64,000 nucleotides of DNA, from positions 32,001 to 96,000 of the forward strand of contig CBDFFH010000047.1 in assembly GCA_965246715.1 (NCBI GenBank). Reading direction: 5' to 3'. The stretch's first letter is position 1, and each line of letters begins with the position of its first letter. The DNA is from Chamaesiphon sp. Its GTDB lineage: Bacteria > Cyanobacteriota > Cyanobacteriia > Cyanobacteriales > Chamaesiphonaceae. Made by a program: the position numbers and the translations under genes. The notes beneath the pieces were generated by a model. That model made no database searches. It was not told the DNA's origin and saw nothing but the letters and a program-made list of their open reading frames with translations. This document shows, one piece after another, positions 21,052 through 31,397 of the stretch.

Positions 21052-22050
21052 CTAGAAATGACGTTTCTGATGCCAGTTCCAAGCATGTTGGACGATCGTC
21101 TTCAAGTCTGCGTATTGTGGCTGCCAACCCAAGACTTGACGCGCTTTTGCACTACTCCCAATCAGCACGGCAGGATCGCCAATCCGACGCGGACATGCCT
21201 CAAATGGCACTGCTCTCCCCGTGACGGCTTTGGCGGTGTCGATGACTTGCTTGACCGAAAAGCCGCTACCATTACCTAGATTAAAAATTTGACTGACTCG
21301 ATTTTTCAACAGGTGCTGGAGTCCGAGGACGTGAGCCTGGGCTAAGTCTGTGACGTGAATATAGTCACGAATACAAGTTCCATCTGACGTGTCATAATCA
21401 GTGCCGAAGATCGAAACATGCGATCTCTTCCCCGCTGCCGCTTGGAGGACGAGGGGAATTAGGTGCGTTTCTGGTTGATGATCTTCACCGAGCGAGCCAT
21501 CAGGATCGGCACCTGCGGCATTAAAATAACGGAAGATTACCGATTTCATGCCATATGCCGCATCGTAGTCTCGCAAAATTCGCTCGACTGCTAATTTCCC
21601 CGCACCGTATGGGTTGATCGGATGTTGAGGATGCTCTTCTGAGATCGGGATGTTTTGTGGGACACCATATGTGGCACAAGTTGAGGAAAATACAAAATTC
21701 TCGATCCCATGAGCGCGCATCGCATCGAGCAAAGTTAGCGTCCCAACGACATTATTCCAATAATATTTGCCAGGATCGGTAACTGACTCACCAACATAGG
21801 CAAAGGCAGCAAAATGCATGACTGCATCAATTTTGGTAGTAGCGAAAAATCGATCGAGAAAAACAGCATCTCCGATATCACCAACGACTAGCTGAGCGGG
21901 TAAATTAGACTCAGCCAGATCTGCGTGCCCGTAAACCAAGTTATCTAAAATAATAACTTTAAAGCCCTGTTGCTGAAGCGACCTAACCGCATGAGATCCG
22001 ATATATCCCGCTCCACCTGTTACTAAAATAGTTTGATTAGATAAGTTCAT
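21052..22050 (-). CDS. galE: UDP-glucose 4-epimerase
   Basis: TGGAGYIGSH, SSTCATYG, RYFNAAGAD, RDYIHVTDLA. Confidence 0.96.
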   Translation of the reverse strand: MNLSNQTILVTGGAGYIGSHAVRSLQQQGFKVIILDNLVYGHADLAESNLPAQLVVGDIGDAVFLDRFFATTKIDAVMHFAAFAYVGESVTDPGKYYWNNVVGTLTLLDAMRAHGIENFVFSSTCATYGVPQNIPISEEHPQHPINPYGAGKLAVERILRDYDAAYGMKSVIFRYFNAAGADPDGSLGEDHQPETHLIPLVLQAAAGKRSHVSIFGTDYDTSDGTCIRDYIHVTDLAQAHVLGLQHLLKNRVSQIFNLGNGSGFSVKQVIDTAKAVTGRAVPFEACPRRIGDPAVLIGSSAKARQVLGWQPQYADLKTIVQHAWNWHQKRHF

Positions 22051-22063
22051 GAGCGCAAAACAA

Positions 22064-23800
22064 TTATGAATGAGTTAATTTGCTATGAATCGAAATTAGT
22101 TTTTCTAGATTCAGTACATAAATTTTGTCGGATTGGAAAACCACAGCCTCTTTTGTTGATAGCCGCGATATTAACGGCTCTTTAGCTCCCAAATTAGATT
22201 CAAACTGTGCTTGTAGTTTGGGAAATGGTTGATACGGGAAATAGTCATTCTGATAGAGATTTTTATTTAAAATAAAATAATTAACTTTATATTTCTGGTG
22301 TAGCTCTACGATCGGCTGAATATCCATAGCATACATTGCTGCCCAGATTGCCAGTAGTCTAGCCTTCATCTCCTCGTAAAATTTTACATTGTAGGGGTAC
22401 AATGCTGGGAACATCATCAAGACGCTACGCTGGCTCCGCATTGGGATATCACTTGCATCGCGTGGATGAGCGGCAATAATTGTATCTTTGGGCAGCGTCT
22501 TTAAAAATTCATATGTCTGTGCTGGCAGCGTACCCACGATCCCACCGCGATTCATCGTAAACCGCAGCGAAAAAGTTGTCAGTGCAAATATAGTTAATAC
22601 GATCGCAATCCAGCGCAGCTCTATTTTCCCAAATAAGTTGGGGTTATTAATTTTAGTTAGTCTGGCTTGAATAAATTTTAATACCAGCTCGCATGTAAAC
22701 GGAAATATACACAAAGAAAGGCATTGCCAAACGTAGGAAACATATCGACTTGGCTCATAAAGTCTGATAAATACAGCATAGGCTAAAGCATAATTTATTA
22801 GTGCCGACAAACATAGTATGCCTATTTCCGATCGAAATATTTTGTGATCGCTAGATTTGTTAGTTGCAATGGCAAAGACAGTTATTACAACGATCGCCAA
22901 CCACATAAATGACGACACATTACTTAACTGCAAGATGTCAAGCACATACATTTTCCAGTCTCCACCAAGTAGAGGTAACAATCCTCCACTATGAAATTCC
23001 GGCATTTGCAAGGCTTGTTGTCGCGAGTAGACTTCTCCAAATTCATCCTTCGCCGTAGTCTGCTTGATCCAGATGAGGATCGTAGCAGCGATCGCACCCC
23101 CACAAATAGTCTTCAGCCAATATCGATGGATTACTCGCTCGCGCAGTAATTGCACGGTAAAGGTTACGACACCATACATGATTAAGGTAATGCAAGTGGG
23201 TGGATAGAATAGAGCACCCAAAACAATCGCAATTCCTAGCAGCCCAAAGTCGCGCCTCAGTAGAGACAAAACACCCAGTAGGATAATCGGTAATGCAAAA
23301 TTTCTCGGCAGTCCACCAGCCATCGATCGCAGAAAGGATATTGCGAAGACATCATTGCAATAAATGCTAAACAGAAATAAGGCTAAACTCGCCAATCCCC
23401 CCCAGTGCTGCTCATCTGTTATCTTGCGACCGATGAGGTAGCTCAGAAAAGCACTGCATACTCCCACTCCAAAAGCGAGCAGCTCGGCTAAAATTTGAGG
23501 ATCGATTAATGTTGTAAAGACTCTAAAAAAAAATTTGTAGCCGATCGGTGAATTAGTTGTGAAATAATCTTTGATGAGATCGTGATTATTAAATAACTCC
23601 GAATCTTGATAACTATAACTCCACGATACAAACTGCTGCATGTCGTTGGAGTACAGATCCATCCTTAATAAGCTGGGTAGGAAATAAGCACCAAGAAAAA
23701 CAATAGTTATATATGTTACCGTAACAGTGAAGCGTTTGTAATTATCCCTAATCCAACTTTCTAGTTGCTCTGTGTAACTTATTTGTGAAATTTTATTCAT
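22064..23800 (-). CDS. Polytopic membrane protein, putative GT-C glycosyltransferase (paralog 1)
   Basis: About 11 TMs, Asp-containing loop after TM1, soluble C-terminal domain; motifs shared with two neighbours. Confidence 0.6.
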   Translation of the reverse strand: MNKISQISYTEQLESWIRDNYKRFTVTVTYITIVFLGAYFLPSLLRMDLYSNDMQQFVSWSYSYQDSELFNNHDLIKDYFTTNSPIGYKFFFRVFTTLIDPQILAELLAFGVGVCSAFLSYLIGRKITDEQHWGGLASLALFLFSIYCNDVFAISFLRSMAGGLPRNFALPIILLGVLSLLRRDFGLLGIAIVLGALFYPPTCITLIMYGVVTFTVQLLRERVIHRYWLKTICGGAIAATILIWIKQTTAKDEFGEVYSRQQALQMPEFHSGGLLPLLGGDWKMYVLDILQLSNVSSFMWLAIVVITVFAIATNKSSDHKIFRSEIGILCLSALINYALAYAVFIRLYEPSRYVSYVWQCLSLCIFPFTCELVLKFIQARLTKINNPNLFGKIELRWIAIVLTIFALTTFSLRFTMNRGGIVGTLPAQTYEFLKTLPKDTIIAAHPRDASDIPMRSQRSVLMMFPALYPYNVKFYEEMKARLLAIWAAMYAMDIQPIVELHQKYKVNYFILNKNLYQNDYFPYQPFPKLQAQFESNLGAKEPLISRLSTKEAVVFQSDKIYVLNLEKLISIHSKLTHS

Positions 23801-23919
23801 ATTGATTGAATAATTAACAGCGAAATTTTGAAACGATCGACCTTAGTGATTGAATATACGTGCTAATAATAAATATTTATTCGTTCTGACATGCTAATTG
23901 TGTGATTAAATTCATGAAA

Positions 23920-25662
23920 TTATAATCTTGCTTTATTGTTTTGTAATGAATTATCGATGAGTTCTTCTAAATTAAGTACATAAAATTCATCTTTGTGGAA
24001 AGCTATAGCATCTTTCTTCGCAAGAATCGATATTAAAGGTTCTCTATCTCCTAACTCAGCTTCAAACAGCTTTAACTGCTTTAGATAAGGTTGATGGGGT
24101 AAAGGATCGTGCTTATAAAGATTTTTATTTAAAATGAAATAATCAACTTTGTATTTTTGCTTTAGCTCTAATATCGGCTGAATGTCAGTTGCATACATCG
24201 TTGCCCAGATTGCGGTTAGTCTATCTTTCATCTCCTCATAAAATTTTACGTTGTAGGGAAATAATGCTGTTTCCATTAGCAAAACGCTACGCTGGCTACG
24301 CATCGTAATGTCACTCGCATCACGAGGATGTGCAGCAATAAGGGCACCTTTGGGCAGAGTCTTCAAAAATTGATATGTTTCTGTTGGCAGCGCGTGAAGG
24401 TTACCACCTCGATTAAGTACAAAACGGAGCGAAGAGTATGTGAGCACAAATATCGTTAAGATGATGACGATCCAGTGCAACTTCACTTTACTAAATAAGC
24501 CTGGTTTACTAGCTTTAGCGAATCTAACCTGAACAAACTTTAATATTAGCTCGCATGTGAAAGGAAAGATGCATAAGGAAAGGCATTGCCATACAAAAAT
24601 AACATATCGATTTGGTTCGTAAAGCTTGATGAATAAGATATATGCTAAAGCATAATTAACAAGTGCCGATAAGCATAGCAAACCTATTTCTGAGCGGAAA
24701 AATTTAGGGGCACTATCTTTATTTTTTGCCGTGAGGATCGCAGTAATTACGACGATTGAGAACCAAACAAATGCAGGAATATTAAGTAATTGAAATGTCT
24801 CAAGAACATACATTTTCCAATCAAGCAGCGGTAAAATTCCGCCTTCATGAAACTCTGCCATCTGCTGAGCTTGATTAAGTGAGAAGGGTGCTCCAAAATC
24901 ATTACTACCAGATGTTTGTCGCCAAATCAGAATAATAGACGCAGCTAACGCACTAGCAAAAATTGTTTTTAGCCAATACTTATGAATGACTCTTTCTTTC
25001 AGAAAATGCCATCCAAAAGTAAGTACGCTGTACATTATTAATATAATAAAAGCAGGTGGATAGAATAAAGCAGCTAATAAGATCGCAATTCCTAGTAACC
25101 AAAAGTTGCGTCGCAGCAGAGACAGAATACTCAGTAGGATGAGCGGCAACGCAAAACTTCTCGGTAATCCGCCAGTCATAAAACTAATAAAATCTAGTGC
25201 TCTCACATGCACATTATTATGAAAGATACTAAATACAAATAATGCTAAACTCGCCAGTCCTCCCCAGTGTTTTTCATTTGTTATTTGTCGTCCAACAAGG
25301 TAACTAAGAAAAGCAGCGCAGCCTATCAATACTAAGGAAAGAAGTTCGCCTAAGACTTGGGGATCGATTAATGTTGCAAATGCTCTGTAAAAAAGCTTGT
25401 ACCCGATTGGCGAATTAGCTGAAAAATAATCTTTGATAAGATCCCGAGCGTTAAATAGTGCTGGATCTTGATAACTATAACTCCACGACACAAACTGCTG
25501 CATGTCATTGGGGAAGATATCCATTCTTAGCAAGCTAGGAAGGGCGTAAGCGAGTAAAAAAATAATAGTTATATATACTACCGATACAGTGAAGCGATTA
25601 TAATTCTCTCTAATCCAACTTTCCAAGTGTTCTGTATAGCTTATCTCTGAAAATTTCTTCAT
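23920..25662 (-). CDS. Polytopic membrane protein, putative GT-C glycosyltransferase (paralog 2)
   Basis: Colinear tandem paralog of 22064-23800 (NDMQQFVSWSYSYQD, GGLPRxFA, YEPxRY, IAAHPRDASD). Confidence 0.6.
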   Translation of the reverse strand: MKKFSEISYTEHLESWIRENYNRFTVSVVYITIIFLLAYALPSLLRMDIFPNDMQQFVSWSYSYQDPALFNARDLIKDYFSANSPIGYKLFYRAFATLIDPQVLGELLSLVLIGCAAFLSYLVGRQITNEKHWGGLASLALFVFSIFHNNVHVRALDFISFMTGGLPRSFALPLILLSILSLLRRNFWLLGIAILLAALFYPPAFIILIMYSVLTFGWHFLKERVIHKYWLKTIFASALAASIILIWRQTSGSNDFGAPFSLNQAQQMAEFHEGGILPLLDWKMYVLETFQLLNIPAFVWFSIVVITAILTAKNKDSAPKFFRSEIGLLCLSALVNYALAYILFIKLYEPNRYVIFVWQCLSLCIFPFTCELILKFVQVRFAKASKPGLFSKVKLHWIVIILTIFVLTYSSLRFVLNRGGNLHALPTETYQFLKTLPKGALIAAHPRDASDITMRSQRSVLLMETALFPYNVKFYEEMKDRLTAIWATMYATDIQPILELKQKYKVDYFILNKNLYKHDPLPHQPYLKQLKLFEAELGDREPLISILAKKDAIAFHKDEFYVLNLEELIDNSLQNNKARL

Positions 25663-25669
25663 ACGATTA

Positions 25670-26632
25670 TCAATTAATATTTTTCGACAAAAATTTTCCT
25701 TTGATATTTAGATAAATATACAATCCAAAGCCAGTTAGTGTCACACTTCCCAATAAAACAACCTGAGCGATGGTTGCTGCAGCAACACCTCGTGCTGATT
25801 CATACCCAAATAAACTCACGGCAAAAGCATAAGCATACTGATAAGTGCCAATGAATCCAGGTGCAGAAGGGATGAGGGTACTCAAACTTACCACGCCTAA
25901 CAGCAATAACATTTGCTGCAAATTTAAAGCTATATCTACTGCCTGTAATAACGCCCATAGCACTGTATCTTCTAAGAGCCAGATAATTAGCGAAAGACCG
26001 ATAACTTTCCGCCAGTCAGAGCCACTCAACATGCTCGAACCTTGGCGAAAGCTCTGGATGCGGCTAGCGATCGCCGGAGGAAAACGCTCGATCCAATTGC
26101 GACCAGATTTTCGCCCTAGCAACCACAGCCCCAAAAAAATGCCAATGAATAGCAGACTACTCACGGCAGTCAAACTAGCGAGTACAGCATTTTGTTGCGA
26201 AATAAATAGTCGGCCGATCGCTAAGCACAATACTACGATCAGTCCATCTAAAACTCGCTCTAAAAAAATCGATCCAATGACAGCAGAACGTGACAGTCGA
26301 TAGCGTCGCCCGACAAAATCCGCCCGAAATAATTCACCCAAGCGAGCGGGGAGCAGGTTGTTTGCGCCATATCCGATTAATAGTGCTACCCCTACCGATT
26401 TGAAGGAGAGTATTTTTATATCCTTGAGCAAGATGCGCCAGCGCAATACCCTAACTGCTAGATCCGCAGCATAAACAGCAAGCGAAATAAACAGCCAACC
26501 TAAATTAGATTTTGTTAGGATCGTCCTTACTTGCTCTAGACTGGTTTGGCGCAGAGCTAGCCACAGAAAAAATGCGCCAATTACAATGCCGATTACTGCA
26601 CGGACAAAGTTACGCAAACTACCACTAGCCAT
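25670..26632 (-). CDS. Lysylphosphatidylglycerol-synthase TM domain protein (flippase-like)
   Basis: RWRILL, NNLLPARLGE, ERVLD, PSAPGFIGTY. Confidence 0.85.
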   Translation of the reverse strand: MASGSLRNFVRAVIGIVIGAFFLWLALRQTSLEQVRTILTKSNLGWLFISLAVYAADLAVRVLRWRILLKDIKILSFKSVGVALLIGYGANNLLPARLGELFRADFVGRRYRLSRSAVIGSIFLERVLDGLIVVLCLAIGRLFISQQNAVLASLTAVSSLLFIGIFLGLWLLGRKSGRNWIERFPPAIASRIQSFRQGSSMLSGSDWRKVIGLSLIIWLLEDTVLWALLQAVDIALNLQQMLLLLGVVSLSTLIPSAPGFIGTYQYAYAFAVSLFGYESARGVAAATIAQVVLLGSVTLTGFGLYIYLNIKGKFLSKNIN

Positions 26633-26671
26633 GAAATAAATCAGCCTTCTAAATAACTAGATTTGATAGCT

Positions 26672-27349
26672 TTAGTTTTCTACGTAGTAGACTAAGTTGG
26701 AGATAAAGCCAAACAGCCTAAAATATCTCCGGTGAACGATCGTAGTTGCTGGAAAAAAACTTAGCATTTCTTGCTCGGATAGCAGGTTTAAGTTTTCTTC
26801 TTGTGCCCAAAACCCTTTACCGATCGATTTGAGGAATTGACGAAACCATTTGGCTGGAAGCCAGTGAACGAAAGGCAATGCCGTATGGAACTCGATCGGA
26901 TACCAACGGTTGGGCGTAGTGATAAAACATGTGCGACCGACGCGGCATAGTTCGCGGACAAAAGCCCGCTGTTGCTCGTTACTACCAACATGTTCGACGA
27001 CAGCAAAACTCACCACTAAATCGAAGCTGCGATCGGGAAATGGTAGTTGCGAACCATCAGTTTTGACGAAAGTTAGTCCTGGATACTCTTGCTCTAAAAA
27101 AGCAGCATCTTCTGTGCCGACCGCAACGATTTTCTGAGGATATGGATATAGCTTTTCAAAAAAATTGCAATCCTCGCGGCGATCGGAAGTCACACCAATA
27201 TCTAACACTGTGGTTTCTGGTGTTGCACCCGTCACTAGCATCAGTGACTCAAACATTTTTTTACGAGCATACCAAGATAGTTTAACGGCAAAACCACCGA
27301 TCTTAGGTCCAATATAAGGACTATTTTGAGTTGTATTGGAAGTCATCAA
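26672..27349 (-). CDS. Class I SAM-dependent methyltransferase (type 11)
   Basis: VLDIGVT, LPFPDRSFDLV, VVEHVG, TTPNRWYPIEFHT. Confidence 0.88.
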   Translation of the reverse strand: MMTSNTTQNSPYIGPKIGGFAVKLSWYARKKMFESLMLVTGATPETTVLDIGVTSDRREDCNFFEKLYPYPQKIVAVGTEDAAFLEQEYPGLTFVKTDGSQLPFPDRSFDLVVSFAVVEHVGSNEQQRAFVRELCRVGRTCFITTPNRWYPIEFHTALPFVHWLPAKWFRQFLKSIGKGFWAQEENLNLLSEQEMLSFFPATTIVHRRYFRLFGFISNLVYYVEN

Positions 27350-27422
27350 TAATTCTCCATGTATTTAGTCTGAGGCTTATGATTAAGGTAGTGAATGCAA
27401 AGTCTATTCAACTTTAAAATAT

Positions 27423-29147
27423 TTAGTATATAGTATCTAAAATCCTCAGATCGATCGCTGCAAAATCACCATATCTAAACAGAATAGATTTCTCAGGAAC
27501 TTTGAATAAGAATGGTTGTGAATTACCTAATTTGGAGCGAATCGTGTTAAAAATCTCAACATATGGTTTTTTGTCGATAGGCTCATGTGTGTACAGTTTA
27601 AAGTTAACTAAAAAGACATCAACATCATATTGTTTCTTCAATGCTAGAATGCCTTCTATGTTAGAGTCGTACATTGCCGTCCATATTGCCGAAGTACGTG
27701 TCTTAATTTGCTCGTAAAACTCCTTGTGATAACCGTCAAGTGACCTATGCATAACCAAAGTGCTTCGCTGAGTGCGCATAGGAATATGATCTGCATCTAT
27801 CGGGTGAGCAGCAATCATAGTGTTCTTTGGCAGCATTTTTAGAAAATCATAAACTTGCTCGGGAGCAGTTCCGCTACTTGGTAGCGATACGGTTTTTGAA
27901 CGAACTACAGAAACTGTAGATATGCAAATAATCAACACCAAAGTTGCAACCGCAAGGGGTTTAGTTATATATGTAATAGATGTTAACCTGTGGCTAATGA
28001 ATCTTATCACAACAAAGCCAAAACTTCTTCGCTCCAAAAAATGGACTAATTCTAAGATACAAAAAGGGAAGACAACAAACCAGAGCACAAGCATTGGGTA
28101 ATGGATATACCGAATTGGTTCGTAGATGTTAAATAAAAATATGTATGCGATTAGATAGACGATCGTACCAGAAACGACGAGGATGCTAGCTTCAACCCTA
28201 AATCGGGACGATCTCCAGACAAACACAACGACTGCTACACAAAGTAACGGATTCAAAGCAGAGGTAAATTGAGTCGTATAGTCTTGCCAATTATGAAATA
28301 AGAGTGTAGACGAAAACATTCCTTTAGGATAATACTCTTGCATTTGCATTGCTTCATTAAGCGAATAAAGCGTCCAGCTTCTCGATGCATTCAGCTTGCC
28401 ATATAGCAATATGACAAAACCGATAATTATTGCTGCTAAAAATAAAGTAAGCTTTTCAGAAGCTGCTTTAATAGTCACTCGCTGATAAATTATCTGATAT
28501 CCTATCAAAAGTCCTGCGTACATTACCAAACTAATGTAAGTAGGTGGATAAAATAACGCACCTAAAACAATAGCTATACTTAACAATCTATACTCATACA
28601 GTAAGATTCCTGAAATACCTAGTAGTAAAATTGGAACAGCAAAAGAACGTTGTAAACCTCCCCAAAATGGGGTGATAAAGTTTTCAATTTTCAGTGCTGT
28701 ACCAAATAAAAATAATAAGACTCCAGCAATTCCACCTATGTGAGTCCCATTTGTTGAAATTTTTCCAACTGCATAAATGAGCAAGATAGTTACACAAGTC
28801 AAGAAGAACGACAACGCCTCACAGAAAGTCTGACTATCGAACAACATTGATGCGCTGCCGACTAGTGCTTTGTAAGCCAAAGGGGCAAAATCAAGATAGT
28901 AGGTTTTTAGGAGATCGTTTTGAAATAGCTCTAAATCGTTAAAACTATAGTACCAAGCCATGTTTTGAAGCATGTCAAAGTGAGCATATACATCTTGCCT
29001 TAGCAGTGGCGGTAGAAAATACATCACAAGTGTTGGCAAAGAGACAAGCACCAGCAATATATATATGTAAGTTTTATGCTGTCTTATCCAATGCTCTAGA
29101 TACGGTATTCCAGAAGTATTGAGATTAGATAAATTTTTCATCATCAT
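27423..29147 (-). CDS. Polytopic membrane protein, putative GT-C glycosyltransferase (paralog 3, divergent)
   Basis: GGLQRSFA, LFYPP, YEPIRY and IAAHPIDA..IPMRTQRS shared with paralogs 1 and 2. Confidence 0.55.
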   Translation of the reverse strand: MMMKNLSNLNTSGIPYLEHWIRQHKTYIYILLVLVSLPTLVMYFLPPLLRQDVYAHFDMLQNMAWYYSFNDLELFQNDLLKTYYLDFAPLAYKALVGSASMLFDSQTFCEALSFFLTCVTILLIYAVGKISTNGTHIGGIAGVLLFLFGTALKIENFITPFWGGLQRSFAVPILLLGISGILLYEYRLLSIAIVLGALFYPPTYISLVMYAGLLIGYQIIYQRVTIKAASEKLTLFLAAIIIGFVILLYGKLNASRSWTLYSLNEAMQMQEYYPKGMFSSTLLFHNWQDYTTQFTSALNPLLCVAVVVFVWRSSRFRVEASILVVSGTIVYLIAYIFLFNIYEPIRYIHYPMLVLWFVVFPFCILELVHFLERRSFGFVVIRFISHRLTSITYITKPLAVATLVLIICISTVSVVRSKTVSLPSSGTAPEQVYDFLKMLPKNTMIAAHPIDADHIPMRTQRSTLVMHRSLDGYHKEFYEQIKTRTSAIWTAMYDSNIEGILALKKQYDVDVFLVNFKLYTHEPIDKKPYVEIFNTIRSKLGNSQPFLFKVPEKSILFRYGDFAAIDLRILDTIY

Positions 29148-29174
29148 TATTTATTGCATAAGTAATAATGCTCT

Positions 29175-30320
29175 TCACCGTTTTAAGCCTAGTACGCTCA
29201 AAAAGAAACTAGATAAAACACTTTGGAACCCCAGCGCAAGGCAGGTAACAGATGGGATAACTACTCGCATTGTCTGAGATGGGGTGAGCGAACCAAATGA
29301 ATGTGCTCCCCACGCACTAAAAGCATAGATAGAACCAACCGTTCCGACTAACAAAAGCGTAAATCCGACAATCAATCCTAACTCTAGGTTGATATAACGA
29401 AATACCCCATTAAATCGACGGTCTTGAGGCAGTAATCCCTCAGTGATGGCAAACATTTTGGTGAATACAGCAAAAGTGACTGATTGGAACCCAATTATCA
29501 TCGCCGTTGCCGCATAAAGTAGCGTGTGTATATCAAAAACGCCCCTCGGTCCAGGTAAAAGCCACAGAGTGGTTATCAGACCCAGAAGCATCAGCAATAC
29601 GCCAGGATATAAGAACAGCCAGCGAGGACTATAAAGAAGCAAAAATCGGAGGTGTCGCCAACCATCTCGCCAACTACGCAAGTGAGGTGGACGACTGCGT
29701 CCGTCTGGAGATAGAGTTGTCGGAACCTCCGTAATCCTCAGCTTGTAAAGTGTAGCTTTGACTACCATCTCACTGGCAAATTCCATTCCTGTTGTCCGCA
29801 GATCGAGTTGCTCGATTGCTACTTTACTGAAACCGCGCAACCCGCAGTGAAAATCAGTACAAGGGCTGCCAAAAAATAGCCGCCCGATCCAAGTTAGCAC
29901 TGGATTGCCAAGATATCGGTGCAGTGGCGGCATTGCGCCTGCAGCGATCCCACCTTTGAATCGATTGCCCATCACCAGTTCGTAACCTTCACGCAACCGT
30001 TCGATAAATGGCGTTAAGGCGGTGAAGTCATAACTATCGTCAGCATCGCCCATAATGATGTAACGTCCGCGCGCAGCCGCGATTCCGCCTTTAAGGGCGC
30101 TACCATACCCCCGGCTCTCTACGTTGACAACACGAGCGTTAAGTTGTTTGGCGATCGCTTGAGATCCATCGTTACTACCATTATCAGCAATAATCACTTC
30201 GCCAGCAATATCATGCTCATTGAAGTACAATTGGACTTTTTTGATACAAGTTGCTAGTGTTTCTGCTTCGTTAAGACAAGGCATGACAACTGAAAGTTCG
30301 AGCGCATTTGAGTTTGACAC
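29175..30320 (-). CDS. Glycosyltransferase family 2, polyprenyl-phosphate sugar synthase-like, with C-terminal TMs
   Basis: VMPCLNEA, ADNGSNDGS, MGDADDSY, DFHCGLRG, GMEFASEM. Confidence 0.88.
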   Translation of the reverse strand: MSNSNALELSVVMPCLNEAETLATCIKKVQLYFNEHDIAGEVIIADNGSNDGSQAIAKQLNARVVNVESRGYGSALKGGIAAARGRYIIMGDADDSYDFTALTPFIERLREGYELVMGNRFKGGIAAGAMPPLHRYLGNPVLTWIGRLFFGSPCTDFHCGLRGFSKVAIEQLDLRTTGMEFASEMVVKATLYKLRITEVPTTLSPDGRSRPPHLRSWRDGWRHLRFLLLYSPRWLFLYPGVLLMLLGLITTLWLLPGPRGVFDIHTLLYAATAMIIGFQSVTFAVFTKMFAITEGLLPQDRRFNGVFRYINLELGLIVGFTLLLVGTVGSIYAFSAWGAHSFGSLTPSQTMRVVIPSVTCLALGFQSVLSSFFLSVLGLKR

Positions 30321-30504
30321 GATTCCCCCTAAAATAACTTCTCTGATGATGCTGATTGCGATGTCGATCCAGATCTGAATGAATAGAGCGCAGATCGGCT
30401 AAATGACTGTATCCAATTCCAGGAATATTTGCGTATAATTAATTACATGTTGCACCCGAATCGCAGTCACATATTTAATTGAAGTTACAGATAGCTTGGT
30501 TAAT

Positions 30505-30933
30505 TCAACGAATCGAGTTAAATGCTTTGATACCTTGATAATTCAGCATCCGAGCCTCTCTACGGGTAAATTCGCCGACAGATGGGTTTCCATTGGGATG
30601 GACGACTCCAGCCACTCGCTGCCATAGTTCGCTGGGGGCAGGTGTGACTTCATAAAGTCGCTCTCCAGTCTTACATACGTAATACCACTGAGTAGCCTGA
30701 CACCGATCGCACCAAAAAGCCTCTAACCACTCGCCAGTAATCGACACAGTGGTATGAAATCTAATTAATGTTTGTGCGGCTGCGCGGTTGACACCACGAG
30801 CTTGCAGTTGATCGGGAGCATCAGCAAATAAATAGTATTTTTTACTACTACTGTCTAGATAGCAGCCATGCACCGGACAGTAAATACTCCGGCGCTTCGA
30901 TCTGCTTCGATTTTTGACACACTTATCCTGCAC
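30505..30933 (-). CDS. Hypothetical protein with Cys/His motifs at the head of the polysaccharide cluster
   Basis: GTG at 30933 preceded by AGGAGG; CPVHGC and CDRC motifs. Confidence 0.65.
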   Translation of the reverse strand: MQDKCVKNRSRSKRRSIYCPVHGCYLDSSSKKYYLFADAPDQLQARGVNRAAAQTLIRFHTTVSITGEWLEAFWCDRCQATQWYYVCKTGERLYEVTPAPSELWQRVAGVVHPNGNPSVGEFTRREARMLNYQGIKAFNSIR

Positions 30934-31397
30934 TTCGGCCTCCTTCTCTGAACTCGATCGCAGTGAACTGAAGGTTGCGAGGGAGAGACTGAGATCTAAA
31001 GATCGTCGAAGTCTGCTCCTGTAAATTACCAAACTAGAGCCTGAAGCCGCGCGATTGTCAAAGCGGCTGGATCTGAGATTGGCTGCTCATTCGAGCAAAA
31101 ATATTTTTAGCAAAAGCTAGATCTGTTAACTGGTCTTCAAAGCTCACTAATGCTGTCGATCGACATCGAACTGTTTAGTGCTAACGGACGATCGTTGGCA
31201 GCAGCAGCAACAATCCGAACAAACTCGATCGGTTGATAGTTGTCACTCCATCAATATAGCGGTTGTCTTGCTTTGCCCAAGAATCATATCATATTAGTCA
31301 TGGCTTCGTGCTGTAATGTCGAGCAGATTCACTGCCCTACTCCGATCGTGTAGCTTTAGCGTTGGCAAATCGAGTGAATTGCCGCCAGATACCGAAA

